Assembly (NCBI GenBank): GCA_963422395.1
Contig: OY729431.1
Span: 960,001-1,024,000 of the forward strand
DNA: 64,000 nucleotides
Source of the DNA: Vicinamibacteria bacterium
GTDB taxonomy: Bacteria; Acidobacteriota; Vicinamibacteria; Marinacidobacterales; Marinacidobacteraceae
Reading direction: 5' to 3'
How positions within the stretch are numbered: position 1 is the first letter of the stretch; each line of letters starts with the position of its first letter. The notes under the pieces are model-generated. The model was not told where the DNA came from. It did no database searches and was given only the letters and a program-made list of their open reading frames with translations. This document shows positions 1-10,040 of the stretch, piece after piece. The translations under genes and the position numbers were made by a program.

Positions 1-26
1 CGGAAGAACGAAGAAGAGAAGGAGAA

Positions 27-1688
27 ATGGCGCGCATGAAGGCGATTTCCGGTGGGCGGCCCCGCCGTAACTCGAACCGGCGCCTCCCGCTCCTCGCGAT
101 CCTGTTCGGCTTTTCGGTGGTCCTCATCCTTTCAGGGTCGCTCGAAGCCTACCGGTTCTTCAGCGATGGACGAACGGATGCCCGGATCGTCGGAGCGGAG
201 CATGCAATGCGCTGGCAGGCCGAAGTCTGGGGTCCGGGGGACACGCTGTCCTGGGAGATCGCCCCGGACCCGGACTTCGAGGTCTATTTCGACTCCCCGG
301 AAGGAGTGATTCCGTATGCCGAGCGGGCCCTTGCGGCCTGGTCGGACATCCCGACGGCAGATGTTCGGTGGCAGGTGAACGGCATCGGCGAGGGAGACCA
401 CGAAGATCTGCCGCAGGCGGAAGGACGCCACACGGTCTTCGTGGATGCGGGTGACGACAGTTGCGGCGGCTACGCCCGTATCTGGTCCGAGCGTCGTTCT
501 TCAGGCAGATGGGAGATCGCAGAATGTGATGTCGCCTTCTGTGCCCAAATCACGGAGATTCCAGAATGGGTGGAACCGGATTCCCTCGACGAACATCGGA
601 AACAGCATCGCGAAGGATCGGTCGGACTTCTCGTTCATGAATTCGGACACTGCCTCGGCCTCGCCCACGCCGGCGCGGTTTCCACGCAAGGTCGGTGGAC
701 CCGGAAGGGCGATTGGGACTTCGTGCATCCTGGAGATCCCGCCATGTCCTACGGGGTGAATCTCGAGGAGCCCGAAGACCTGTCGGCGGACGATGCCCTC
801 GGCGCCTCCCTGTTACGGCCCGCCCCCGGATGGCGGAGGAGGACGAGGACCGGCAGCATCGCCGGAGCTCTCGACCTGGCGGGAGAAGCGGTGCCGTACG
901 CGCATGTATGGGCGCTTCCCGCGGGAGAGGCACCGCTCCGGGACCGGATCGGCGCTTTCAGCGACCGCGAGGGTGCGTTCCTGATCGAAGGACTGCCGCC
1001 CGGCGACTATGCCCTCTGGGCCCAGCCGATCAATCGATCGGGCGCGCACGGCGGCCTAGTTTCTGGCGGGGCGCCGATCGACCTGGACGACACGATTCCT
1101 GGCCGCATCGTTCGCGTCCAGGAGGGACAGGCGGCCGGAGGAGTGGAGATCCCCATGCGTCGAGGCCGAAGCGTCCGCCAGCCGCCTGATGTGTTCCTGG
1201 CAGGGCAGACAGCGGAGCCGCCCGTCCCGATCACGCGGGAGGGAGCCGCTCCCTGCCGGAGCGTCCGGATTCGGAGCGTCCCGCCGTATCTCGCAGGAGG
1301 CCCCCTGTGGTTCACGAGGCGCAACTCCTATCTCCGCGGGGATCGCTGGTTCGCAACGGAGCTGACCCTGGAATGGTCGCCGGGTTCGGAGAACACGGTC
1401 TTCGACTGGAGCGGTTCCTATCGAGACTGGTGGTGGGACGCCGAGGAGGACCAGCCGGTGGCGTTCCAGTCGGAAGGCATCGGCGCCAGTTCGGCTGTCC
1501 TCGATGTGAACATCTCCGACTACCGGATCGAGCGCGACGGTCCCCTGGTGCGCCACACCATGGAGATCGCTTGGCCGGAATCCACCGAGGCGAGCTTGCG
1601 GTTTCGTTCCGAAGACGATGCCTGCGAAGGCGAACCGATGGTAGTCTGCAGCCTCGACATCGCCGGCTGCGAGTTGCGGCGAAGATAG
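27..1688 (+). CDS. Exported matrixin-like (metzincin) metalloprotease with carboxypeptidase-regulatory-like domain
   Basis: N-terminal hydrophobic segment, HEFGHCLGLAH zinc motif, Met-turn (PAMSY), GAFLIEGLPPGDY beta-sandwich motif; GGAGAA RBS before ATG. Confidence 0.75.
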   Translation: MARMKAISGGRPRRNSNRRLPLLAILFGFSVVLILSGSLEAYRFFSDGRTDARIVGAEHAMRWQAEVWGPGDTLSWEIAPDPDFEVYFDSPEGVIPYAERALAAWSDIPTADVRWQVNGIGEGDHEDLPQAEGRHTVFVDAGDDSCGGYARIWSERRSSGRWEIAECDVAFCAQITEIPEWVEPDSLDEHRKQHREGSVGLLVHEFGHCLGLAHAGAVSTQGRWTRKGDWDFVHPGDPAMSYGVNLEEPEDLSADDALGASLLRPAPGWRRRTRTGSIAGALDLAGEAVPYAHVWALPAGEAPLRDRIGAFSDREGAFLIEGLPPGDYALWAQPINRSGAHGGLVSGGAPIDLDDTIPGRIVRVQEGQAAGGVEIPMRRGRSVRQPPDVFLAGQTAEPPVPITREGAAPCRSVRIRSVPPYLAGGPLWFTRRNSYLRGDRWFATELTLEWSPGSENTVFDWSGSYRDWWWDAEEDQPVAFQSEGIGASSAVLDVNISDYRIERDGPLVRHTMEIAWPESTEASLRFRSEDDACEGEPMVVCSLDIAGCELRRR

Positions 1689-1912
1689 CCGCTGCAGCGA
1701 GCGCTACTCCCTCCAGATCGTCGTCAGTCTTCATTCGATCGCCGGGGCGATGCTTGGGGGACACCGGGGCGCCGTCTCGCGGGACTTCGCGGTCTCCCGG
1801 GGAGAAGCCGCGCTGAAGACGGATCGCAACCCTGGTTGATGTACCCTCGTCGGTTCGCTGCGCCGGGTGCGGGCCGGAGACGGTCCGCCGGGCGGCGGGG
1901 GAGGCGAGACCC

Positions 1913-4900
1913 ATGACGATTCCGGTTGCGCGGCTCTGGGAGGGCCGGATCGTCCGGCGCCCCGTCGGGTTTCGGATCGGGTTCGGAGTGGGGATTCGAT
2001 GCGCCGGACGGCAGCTCCTGCTGCTGACCGTCGTTCTGACCGTAGCAGCGGCCGCCGCCGCTCCGGCGGGCGCCCAGACACCGGAACAGGTGGATCAGAT
2101 CCTGAACCGCCTCCACTGGCGCAACATCGGTCCGGCGATCATGGGAGGCCGCATCGACGATGCGGCGGTGGTCGAGTCGGATCCGAAGGTGATGTGGGTG
2201 GCCACTGCCTCCGCCGGAGTCTGGAAGACGGAGAACCACGGAACCACCTGGATCCCGCAGTTCCAGAACGAGGCAGTGTCCTCGATCGGTTCGATCGCGG
2301 TGGCGCCTTCCGACCCCTCGGTGGTCTGGGTGGGCACCGGAGAGCCGGCGAACCGGCAGAGCAGTTCCTGGGGCAACGGGGTGTATGTCTCGACCGACGG
2401 CGGAACCACCTGGTCGCACCGGGGGCTCGAAGACACCCACCACATCGGCCGGGTGCTCGTCCATCCCACGGACCCCCGCACCGTCTATGTCGCGGCGCTC
2501 GGCCACCTCTGGGGGCCGAACGAGGAGCGCGGCGTCTATCGCACCCGGGACGGCGGCGAGACCTGGGACCGGGTGCTCTTCCATGACGAGGACACCGGTG
2601 CCGTCGAGCTGGCGATGGACCCCGCGAGCCCGGACACGCTCTATGCGGCGCTCTACCAGCGCCGCCGGCGGGCGTACGGCTTCGCCGGAGGCGGCCCGGG
2701 AAGCGGCATCCACCGGACGACCGACGGCGGAGAAACCTGGACGAAGCTCGGCGGGGGATTGCCCGCAGGGGACACCGGGCGGATCGGTCTCGCGGTCTAT
2801 CGCCGGGATCCGCGCATCGTCTATGCGATCGTCGAAAACCGGGAAGGAGGCGTCTTCCGCTCGGAGGACAAGGGGCTGCATTGGCAGCGGATGAGCGATG
2901 AAAACCCGCGCCCCATGTATTACAGCCAGATCCACATCGACCCGAACAACGACCAGCGGCTCTGGGTGCTCGGGGCGCGCATGCACAACTCCGAGGACGG
3001 CGGGCGCACCTTCGTCACCGATCGGGTGGAGAAGATCCACGGCGATCACCATGCGCTCTGGATCGATCCCGCGGATTCGAACCACATGTTCCTCGGCTCC
3101 GACGGCGGCATCCACTTCTCTTGGGACCGCGGCCGCAGCTGGAATTTCGTGAACACCATTCCGCTCGGCCAGTTCTACGAGATCGGCTACGACCTGAATA
3201 CGCCGTATCTGGTGTACGGCGGACTCCAGGACAACGGGAGCTGGGCCGGACCGTCGCGCACTCTCTTCCGGCAGGGAATCAGCAACGAGGACTGGTTCCG
3301 GATCGGCGGCGGGGACGGTTTCTATACCCAGGTGATCCCCGGCGATCCGGATACCGTCTATATCGAGTCCCAGAATGGAAACCTCCGCCGACTGAACCGG
3401 CGCACTTCGGAAACCAAACAGATCCGCCCGCAGCCGGAGGACGACGGCGAGCGCTACCGCTTCGACTGGAACAGCCCCATCGTCGTTTCGCCGCACGACC
3501 CCGATACGGTGTTCTACGGCGGCAACCGGCTCTTCCTCTCCTCGAACCGCGGCGACAGTTGGACGCGCACCGACGATCTGACGAAACGCATCGACCGCGG
3601 CGAGCTGCCCATCATGGGCTCGCCGGTGACCGACGACACCCTGTCGCGGCACGACGGCATCTCGAGTTTCGGGCAGATCGTCACCATCGCGGCCTCGCCC
3701 CTCGATGCGGGCCTCCTCTATGTGGGCGCCGACGACGGCAACCTGCAGCGGAGCCGCGACGGCGGTGCGAGTTGGGACGATCTGACCGAAAACCTCTCGG
3801 GCGTGCCCGAACAGACCTATGTGACCCGGGTGATCGCCTCCGCCCACTCCGCGGGAAGGCTCTATGTCACCCTGGACGGCCACCGGAACGACGACTACTC
3901 GACCTATGTCTTCGCGAGCGAGGACTACGGCGGCAGCTTCCGCTCGCTCGCTGCCGGGCTGCCGCCGGAAGCCGGGCTCAATGTGATCCGCGAGCACCAC
4001 GACAACGAGGACCTGCTGGTCGTCGGCGGCGAGTTCGGCGCCCACCTCTCGCTCGACCGGGGCGTCCGCTGGCACCGGATCGGCGGCCAGATCCCCACCG
4101 TGCCGGTGGACGACCTGGCGATCCATCCCCGGGAGAACGACCTGATCCTCGGAACCCACGGACGCAGCATCTGGATCGCCGACGACATCGCCCCCCTTTC
4201 CACCCTCGAAGCTTCCGTGTTCGATGCGGACCTCCATGTCTTCCCGGTGCGCGACGCGGTGGCTTGGCGGCTCGAAAATCACAAGGGCAATACCGGCCAC
4301 GAGTTCTTCGTCGCCGACAACCCGCCCGCAGGAGCGCTGCTCCACATCTACGCGAAAGAGGCGGGCGAGGCCGGAATCACGATCACCGCCGCTGACGGGT
4401 CCACGGTTCGTTCGCTGCAGGCCGATCTCGAAGCGGGGCTCAACCGCGCCAGTTGGGACCTCCGGCATGACTCCCCGGTTCCCGACTCCGGGGGAGGCTT
4501 CGGCGGCCCGCCTTCGGGTCCCCGGGTGCTCCCCGGCGCCTACACTGCGCGGGTGACGCGGGGCGAGGCGTCCGCCGAAGTCCCGGTTCAGGCCGCCGAC
4601 GATCCCAGGATCGGAATCTCCGCCGCCGACCGGCGTGCGAACCACGACGCGCTCGTCCGTCTTTCGGGGATGCTCCGGACGATGGTCCGCGCCCATGAGG
4701 ATGCCGAGGCCACCGCCGGGGAAGCGGCGGCGCTCGCAGCGGCGTTCGAGACCGAGCCGGACAGCGAGATGAAGACGCGGGTTTCGAGCTTGCTCGAAGC
4801 GGCGTCCGAAGCCGCCCGAAACCTCTCCCGAAACGAGGGGCGGCCGGGTTTCGGCGCCTGGCCGCGGCCGCTCTTCGCCCGGATCGGGGCGGTGGCGCGG

Positions 4901-5086
4901 AACCTCGATGCCTACACCGAGGCGCCGAATGCCGGGGTCCGGACCCGGATCGATGCTCTGGGCGCGGAGCTCGACGAGCGCCTCGCTGCCTGGGAAGCGG
5001 TGCGCGCCGACATTCCCGGGCTGAATCAGGCCCTCCGCGAGGGCGGTCCCCCGCGCCTCACCCCGCGCCCGAACGGCGGGAACTGA
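1913..5086 (+). CDS. VPS10/sortilin-like BNR-repeat protein (glycosyl hydrolase-like)
   Basis: WRNIGP...GGRI start, repeated S/TxDGGxTW Asp-boxes, GGLQDNGSW, GGGDGF; true start uncertain. Confidence 0.8.
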   Translation: MTIPVARLWEGRIVRRPVGFRIGFGVGIRCAGRQLLLLTVVLTVAAAAAAPAGAQTPEQVDQILNRLHWRNIGPAIMGGRIDDAAVVESDPKVMWVATASAGVWKTENHGTTWIPQFQNEAVSSIGSIAVAPSDPSVVWVGTGEPANRQSSSWGNGVYVSTDGGTTWSHRGLEDTHHIGRVLVHPTDPRTVYVAALGHLWGPNEERGVYRTRDGGETWDRVLFHDEDTGAVELAMDPASPDTLYAALYQRRRRAYGFAGGGPGSGIHRTTDGGETWTKLGGGLPAGDTGRIGLAVYRRDPRIVYAIVENREGGVFRSEDKGLHWQRMSDENPRPMYYSQIHIDPNNDQRLWVLGARMHNSEDGGRTFVTDRVEKIHGDHHALWIDPADSNHMFLGSDGGIHFSWDRGRSWNFVNTIPLGQFYEIGYDLNTPYLVYGGLQDNGSWAGPSRTLFRQGISNEDWFRIGGGDGFYTQVIPGDPDTVYIESQNGNLRRLNRRTSETKQIRPQPEDDGERYRFDWNSPIVVSPHDPDTVFYGGNRLFLSSNRGDSWTRTDDLTKRIDRGELPIMGSPVTDDTLSRHDGISSFGQIVTIAASPLDAGLLYVGADDGNLQRSRDGGASWDDLTENLSGVPEQTYVTRVIASAHSAGRLYVTLDGHRNDDYSTYVFASEDYGGSFRSLAAGLPPEAGLNVIREHHDNEDLLVVGGEFGAHLSLDRGVRWHRIGGQIPTVPVDDLAIHPRENDLILGTHGRSIWIADDIAPLSTLEASVFDADLHVFPVRDAVAWRLENHKGNTGHEFFVADNPPAGALLHIYAKEAGEAGITITAADGSTVRSLQADLEAGLNRASWDLRHDSPVPDSGGGFGGPPSGPRVLPGAYTARVTRGEASAEVPVQAADDPRIGISAADRRANHDALVRLSGMLRTMVRAHEDAEATAGEAAALAAAFETEPDSEMKTRVSSLLEAASEAARNLSRNEGRPGFGAWPRPLFARIGAVARNLDAYTEAPNAGVRTRIDALGAELDERLAAWEAVRADIPGLNQALREGGPPRLTPRPNGGN

Positions 5087-5112
5087 CTTTCCGACACAGG
5101 AGGAACGAACCG

Positions 5113-6822
5113 ATGCCAGCTCTCACCCGAGCCGATTTTCTGAAGCTCTCCGGCGCCGCCGCCGCGGCCGGGCTCACCACCGCCGCCGGCTGCCGGCAGG
5201 CGGGATCGAGCCGTCCCGACCTCATCGTCAGAAACGCCCGGGTGTACACCTCCGAGTACGGCTCCGGCGGCGAGACGATGGACCGCGCCGAAGCGTTCGC
5301 GGTCCGGCACGGGAAGTTCACCGCCGTGGGCTCGAACGAGGAGATCCTGAACCTCGCCGGCCCCGGGGTCGAGGTCGTGGACGCCGGCGGCATGACGGTG
5401 GTTCCCGGCTTCATCGATGCCCACTGCCATCCGGGGGGGATGCGGGATCTGTTCGAGGTGAACCTCGATGTGCGCACCATCGACGACATCAAGCTGGCGA
5501 TCCGCGCCGCCGCCGCCGACACCGAGGCGGGGTACTGGGTGGACGGGTTCAAGTACGACGACACCAAGGTCACCGAGAACGGAGAGTACCGGCGCATCAC
5601 CCGGCAAGACCTCGATGAGGCGGCGGCGGACCATCCGGTGCGCGTTTCCCACCGGGGCGGTCACATCGCCTGGTACAACTCGAAGGCGTTCGAGATGGCC
5701 GGGGTGAACTCCTCGGTAGCCGATCCACCGGGAGGGCGCTTCGAAAAGGATGCAAGCGGAGAGCTGACCGGCCTCGTCGAGGAACGGGCACAGGATGTCT
5801 TTCGCGGCGTCGGGCAGCGCCGGGTGTACGGGCGGAAGGAGTTCCAGCAGGGCGTGGCCCACATGTCGAAGCTGATGACCGCTGCCGGAATCACCAGCGT
5901 CCACCAGACCGGCGGCGACGCCGACGGCCTCCGGGCGCTCGAGGACGCCTACGCCGCCGGCGAGCTGCGCTACCGCATGTACTACTTCGCCTCGGGAAAT
6001 TCGGACCTCTACCGCGGGCTGAAGACCGCCGGGATCCACCGGGGCTTCGGAAACGAATGGCTTCGCATCGGCGCGGTGAAGTACGGCGCCGACGGATCGG
6101 CGTCCGGCCGCACGATGTACATGAGCACTCCCTACGAGGGGACCGACGACCACGGCATCCTCACGATGACCCCCGAGGAGATCATGGAAGCGGTTGAGGA
6201 CGCCCACGCCCACGACTTCCACATCGGGATCCACGCGAACGGCGATCTCACGATCGGCTATGTGCTCGACGCCTACGAGAAGGTGCTCGCCGAGGCGCCC
6301 CGAGACGCCCGCCACCGCCTCGAACACTGCTCGCTGGTGAACCCCGAACTGCTCGCCCGCATCCGGGACACCGGCTCCATTCCCACTCCGTTCTGGACCT
6401 ATGTCCACTACCACGGGAACAAGTGGGTGGAGTACGGCGCCGAGAAGATGCAGTGGATGTTCGCCCACCGCTCCTTCCTCGACTACGACATCCCGGTCGC
6501 CGGTGCTTCCGACTATGTCCCGGGCCCCTACGAGCCGATGATGGCGCTGCAGGCCATGGTGACCCGCAAGGACACCGAGGACCGGGTCTGGGGCGAGAAC
6601 CAGCGAGTTTCGATGGACGAGGCGATCCGGATCGGGACCATCCACGGCGCCCGCGCCTCCTTCGAGGAGGGCATCAAGGGGAGCATCGCGGCCGGCAAGC
6701 TCGCCGACTTCGTGATGCTCGAAGAAGATCCCCACGAGGTGGCGGCGAGCGATCCCGACCGGATCAAGCACATCGCCGTCCAGCGCACCGTCGTCGGCGG
6801 CAAGACCATGCACCAGGCCTGA
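5113..6822 (+). CDS. Amidohydrolase family 3 (YtcJ-like), probable Tat-exported lipoprotein
   Basis: PGFIDAHCH, IHANGD, RLEHC, GKLADFV; Tat-like TRADFLK and AAGC; AGGAGG RBS. Confidence 0.85.
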   Translation: MPALTRADFLKLSGAAAAAGLTTAAGCRQAGSSRPDLIVRNARVYTSEYGSGGETMDRAEAFAVRHGKFTAVGSNEEILNLAGPGVEVVDAGGMTVVPGFIDAHCHPGGMRDLFEVNLDVRTIDDIKLAIRAAAADTEAGYWVDGFKYDDTKVTENGEYRRITRQDLDEAAADHPVRVSHRGGHIAWYNSKAFEMAGVNSSVADPPGGRFEKDASGELTGLVEERAQDVFRGVGQRRVYGRKEFQQGVAHMSKLMTAAGITSVHQTGGDADGLRALEDAYAAGELRYRMYYFASGNSDLYRGLKTAGIHRGFGNEWLRIGAVKYGADGSASGRTMYMSTPYEGTDDHGILTMTPEEIMEAVEDAHAHDFHIGIHANGDLTIGYVLDAYEKVLAEAPRDARHRLEHCSLVNPELLARIRDTGSIPTPFWTYVHYHGNKWVEYGAEKMQWMFAHRSFLDYDIPVAGASDYVPGPYEPMMALQAMVTRKDTEDRVWGENQRVSMDEAIRIGTIHGARASFEEGIKGSIAAGKLADFVMLEEDPHEVAASDPDRIKHIAVQRTVVGGKTMHQA

Positions 6823-6948
6823 GGCCCGGCCCGGGGGCGGGTGCGGCGCCGGACGGTGCGCCTGTATGCCCGGGGCGGGGATGGCTTCAGCCCGACAGGG
6901 GGTGGCTGCATCGGGTGGCTGCATCCCCCGTCGGCGAAGGAGTTTTCG

Positions 6949-8364
6949 ATGTTTCGTTTCGTTCCCGCCGCTGCGCTCGTTCTCGCACTTCCGGCCCTGC
7001 CCGCCCTCGCCCAGCCCGGGCAGCAGGGACAGGTGGTGGACCGGCGTCCGTTCCTGAACGGGGTCGAGACCTCGGACGACCCGCGCCGCGTTCCCGCGCC
7101 TCCGGGGGAGCGCGGGCCGGAGGGGACGACGGTCCTCACCGGCGGCTTCGTTTTCGACGGAACGGGCACCGAGTCCCGGGTCGCCGCCCTGGTCCTCGAA
7201 CGGAACCGGATCGCCGCCGTCCTGCCGGAAGGAGCCGCCGGCTGGCCCGAAGGGGAGACCGGCTGGCCCGAGGGCTCTCGGGTGCTCGATGTTTCCGGCC
7301 ACACCGTCCTTCCCGGCCTCATCGACCTCCACACTCATCTCACCTACACCGAGCCGGGGGTGCCGCAGCCGCTCGCCATCGATCCGGCGCACCAGACGCT
7401 GAGGGCGCTCGAGCGCCTCCAGGTCTTCCTCGGTTCGGGAATCACCTCGATCCGCGACACCGGTTCGGCGGGTACGGTTCCCTTCCTCGTCAAGGACTGG
7501 GTGAACCAGAACCGGCTGCCCGGTCCCCGGGTTTTCGCCGCCGGCTCGCTGATCACCGGGACCGGCGGCCACGGGGCGGAGGGGCTCTCGATCCACCACC
7601 CGCTCTACGGCGGGATCGTCGAGGCGTCGGGTCCCGACGAGTTCCGCGACGCGGTGCGCGAGCAGTTCAAGCGCGGCGCCGACCTCATCAAGATCGCCAG
7701 CCACTTCAGCCAGGCGGAGATCGCGGCGGCGGTGGACGAGGCGCACTCGCTCGGTCTCCGGGTCACCGTGGATTCCGAGACCTTCTACACCGGCTGGGCG
7801 GTCGAGGCGGGCGCCGACACCATCGAGCATCCGCTGCCGCGCACCGAGGAAGTGGTAGCGATGATGGCCCGCCGGGGCACCGCCTCGGTGCCCACGATCA
7901 TCACCTACGACTACATCTTCAACGAGCGGGGCAGCTACCACGGCTCGACCTCCCGGCGCTTCGAACTCGACGGCGAGACCAGCCGGGCCATGCTGCGGCA
8001 GCTCCGGGAAGCGGGAGTGCTGATCGGGGTCGGGACCGACCTCATCCTCGAGAACTTCCGCGACCTCCCCCACGCCTACATCTGGGAACTGGAGGCATAT
8101 GTCGAGTGCGGCTTCACCCGCGCCGAGGCGTTGGTCGCCGCTACCCGCGACAGCGCGCGGATCCTCGGCATGGACGACAAGCTGGGCACCCTCGAAGCCG
8201 GCAAGCTGGCCGACATCCTGATCGTCGAAGGCGACCCGCTCGAAGGTCTCGGCGCTCTCGCCAATGTGGCGGAAGTGTTTCGGGACGGCTACTGGGTGGT
8301 CCGAAACGGCATCGTCCAGCACCCCCCGCCGAAGACCCGAACCCGCCCCGGCCCCGGCCGGTGA
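6949..8364 (+). CDS. Secreted amidohydrolase family protein
   Basis: Signal peptide, PGLIDLHTH, IEH, GTD, GKLADI; AAGGAG RBS precedes ATG at 6949. Confidence 0.85.
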   Translation: MFRFVPAAALVLALPALPALAQPGQQGQVVDRRPFLNGVETSDDPRRVPAPPGERGPEGTTVLTGGFVFDGTGTESRVAALVLERNRIAAVLPEGAAGWPEGETGWPEGSRVLDVSGHTVLPGLIDLHTHLTYTEPGVPQPLAIDPAHQTLRALERLQVFLGSGITSIRDTGSAGTVPFLVKDWVNQNRLPGPRVFAAGSLITGTGGHGAEGLSIHHPLYGGIVEASGPDEFRDAVREQFKRGADLIKIASHFSQAEIAAAVDEAHSLGLRVTVDSETFYTGWAVEAGADTIEHPLPRTEEVVAMMARRGTASVPTIITYDYIFNERGSYHGSTSRRFELDGETSRAMLRQLREAGVLIGVGTDLILENFRDLPHAYIWELEAYVECGFTRAEALVAATRDSARILGMDDKLGTLEAGKLADILIVEGDPLEGLGALANVAEVFRDGYWVVRNGIVQHPPPKTRTRPGPGR

Positions 8365-8394
8365 ATCCCGGTCGATGAGTCCCGGCCGATGAGC
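8353..8394. repeat. Three tandem 14-bp degenerate repeats spanning a stop codon
   Basis: cccggccggtgaat / cccggtcgatgagt / cccggccgatgagc. Confidence 0.7.
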
Positions 8395-8485
8395 CGGCCG
8401 GCAGCACCGGCGGTGCGGTCTCTGGAGAAACGCCAGCCGGAGCCGCCCGCGAGCGTCGGATGCGGAAAGTCCGCGCAGCTCGGGG

Positions 8486-8577
8486 TTGCGAATCGAATGT
8501 TGAATCGATTGCAAATGGAATTCTGATTCCATTGCGAAAGTCATGTTGATTTCGTTGCAAATCAGCTGTTCCGAATA
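8486..8577 (+). promoter_or_regulatory. AT-rich 23-bp periodic repeat array upstream of AAA+/DUF4143 gene
   Basis: TTGC(A/G)AA at 8486, 8509, 8532, 8555 (exact 23-bp period). Confidence 0.65.
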
Positions 8578-8596
8578 GACTTCCTCTCCGCAACCA

Positions 8597-9859
8597 TTGT
8601 CCAGAGCCAGGGAGTACCTCCCCCGAGTCGCTGACCGGGAACTGAAGGAGCGCTTGTCCGCCGCCGGCGCGGTTCTGTTGGAAGGGCCGCGGGCTAGCGG
8701 CAAGACGGAAACCGGCCGGCGCGCCGCGGCGAGTGAGGTCCTGCTCGATGTGGATCAGACCGCCCGCGAGGCGATCGAAGTGGATCCGCGGCTCGTACTG
8801 GCGGGGGAGACGCCTCGGCTGCTCGACGAGTGGCAGGCCGCGCCCTCCCTCTGGAACCCCATGCGGCGGATGGTGGACGAGCGCCGCGCGCGGGGCCAGT
8901 TCATCCTGACCGGCTCCGCGATGCCGGCCGACGACATCACCCGGCACACCGGAGCGGGCCGAGTCAGCCGCCTTCGGCTGCGCCCGATGTCCCTCCTGGA
9001 ACTCGGGCGTTCCACCGGAGAGGTCTCCCTCCGGGCGCTGCTCGACGGACAGCCGGCGCCTGGGGTGAAGGCCGTGCTGTCCGTGCCCGAACTCGCCGAG
9101 CTGGTGTGCGTGGGCGGGTGGCCGGGATCTCTCGATTCACCCCCCGAGGGGGCGATGCTCGCGAATCGCGATTATCTCGAAGATATCTGCCGCGTGGACC
9201 TGGCGCGGGTGGACGGGGTCCGGCGAGACCCGGAGAGGGTGCGGCGTTTTCTTCGGTCGCTCGCCCGCCAGGTTGCGACCTGCGCCTCGCTCGCGACCAT
9301 CGCCCGCGATATCGCGGGCCCGGACGACACTTTGACCGCGTCCACCACTCGCGCCTACCTCGCGGCGCTCGAACGGGTCATGGTGGTGGAAGACCAGCCG
9401 CCGTGGGGACCCCGGCTGCGCTCTCGGTCGCGGCTGCGGACTTCGCCGAAGCGCCACTTCGTGGATCCCTCGCTCGCGGCGGCGGCGCTCGCTGCGGGCC
9501 CGGAACACCTGGTCGCCGACCTCGCCTGGTTCGGATTCCTCTTCGAGTCCCTGGTCGTCCGTGACCTGCGCGTCTATGCCCAGGCGATGGGCGGCAGTGT
9601 CTATCACTATCGGGACAACACCGGGCTCGAAGTGGACGCGATCGTGGACGCCGGCCCCGGCCGCTGGGGGGCGTTCGAGGTGAAGCTGAGCGCGGGGCGC
9701 GTGGACGAAGCAGCCGCCAACCTTCTCCGGTTCCGGGATCGGGTGGACGACCGCCTCGTCGGGGCGCCGTCCGTCCTCGGCGTGATCGTCGGAAGCGCCT
9801 ACGGGTACATGCGTACCGACGGGGTGGCGGTCATCCCCTGCCAGTCCCTCGGTTGCTAA
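8597..9859 (+). CDS. AAA+ ATPase (AAA_14) with C-terminal DUF4143 PD-(D/E)xK-like domain
   Basis: YLPR, Walker A GPRASGKT, Walker B LLDEWQ, ILTGS, PKRHFVDP, FESLV, YHYRD..GLEVDAIV..FEVK. Confidence 0.9.
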   Translation: MSRAREYLPRVADRELKERLSAAGAVLLEGPRASGKTETGRRAAASEVLLDVDQTAREAIEVDPRLVLAGETPRLLDEWQAAPSLWNPMRRMVDERRARGQFILTGSAMPADDITRHTGAGRVSRLRLRPMSLLELGRSTGEVSLRALLDGQPAPGVKAVLSVPELAELVCVGGWPGSLDSPPEGAMLANRDYLEDICRVDLARVDGVRRDPERVRRFLRSLARQVATCASLATIARDIAGPDDTLTASTTRAYLAALERVMVVEDQPPWGPRLRSRSRLRTSPKRHFVDPSLAAAALAAGPEHLVADLAWFGFLFESLVVRDLRVYAQAMGGSVYHYRDNTGLEVDAIVDAGPGRWGAFEVKLSAGRVDEAAANLLRFRDRVDDRLVGAPSVLGVIVGSAYGYMRTDGVAVIPCQSLGC

Positions 9860-9895
9860 CTGTGACCTTGCGGTAGGTTGTTCACGCGAGCCCGA
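9860..9895 (+). repeat. Terminus of a second repeated mobile-element family
   Basis: ctgtgaccttgcggtaggttgttcac (26 nt) identical to 31688-31713; copies are preceded by CTAA and CTAG. Confidence 0.7.
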
Positions 9896-10040
9896 CCCGG
9901 GGATCGCGACTCCGCCGCGGTCCACCTCGATGCGCCGTTCGGGGAGTGAAGAGAATCGCCCGTCCCCACGATCTCCATCCGACGGCTGGGGCTCGACCGC
10001 GCGCAATTCTCCAAGCGCGGGGAGGGGCGGGGGCCTCTAG

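Noticed and set aside
6900-6925. 13-bp tandem duplication gggtggctgcatc, and GWPEG duplication at ~7240-7275
   Set aside because: Small local slippage events with no evident function
8486-8577. Possible mini-CRISPR array
   Set aside because: Units are contiguous and degenerate with no spacers, and no cas genes are present
1724-8703. Long antisense ORFs (1724-4696, 5026-8703) and similar ones elsewhere (22887-25625, 36254-39403, 40617-43622)
   Set aside because: Shadow frames of well-supported genes in high-GC DNA with no family motifs
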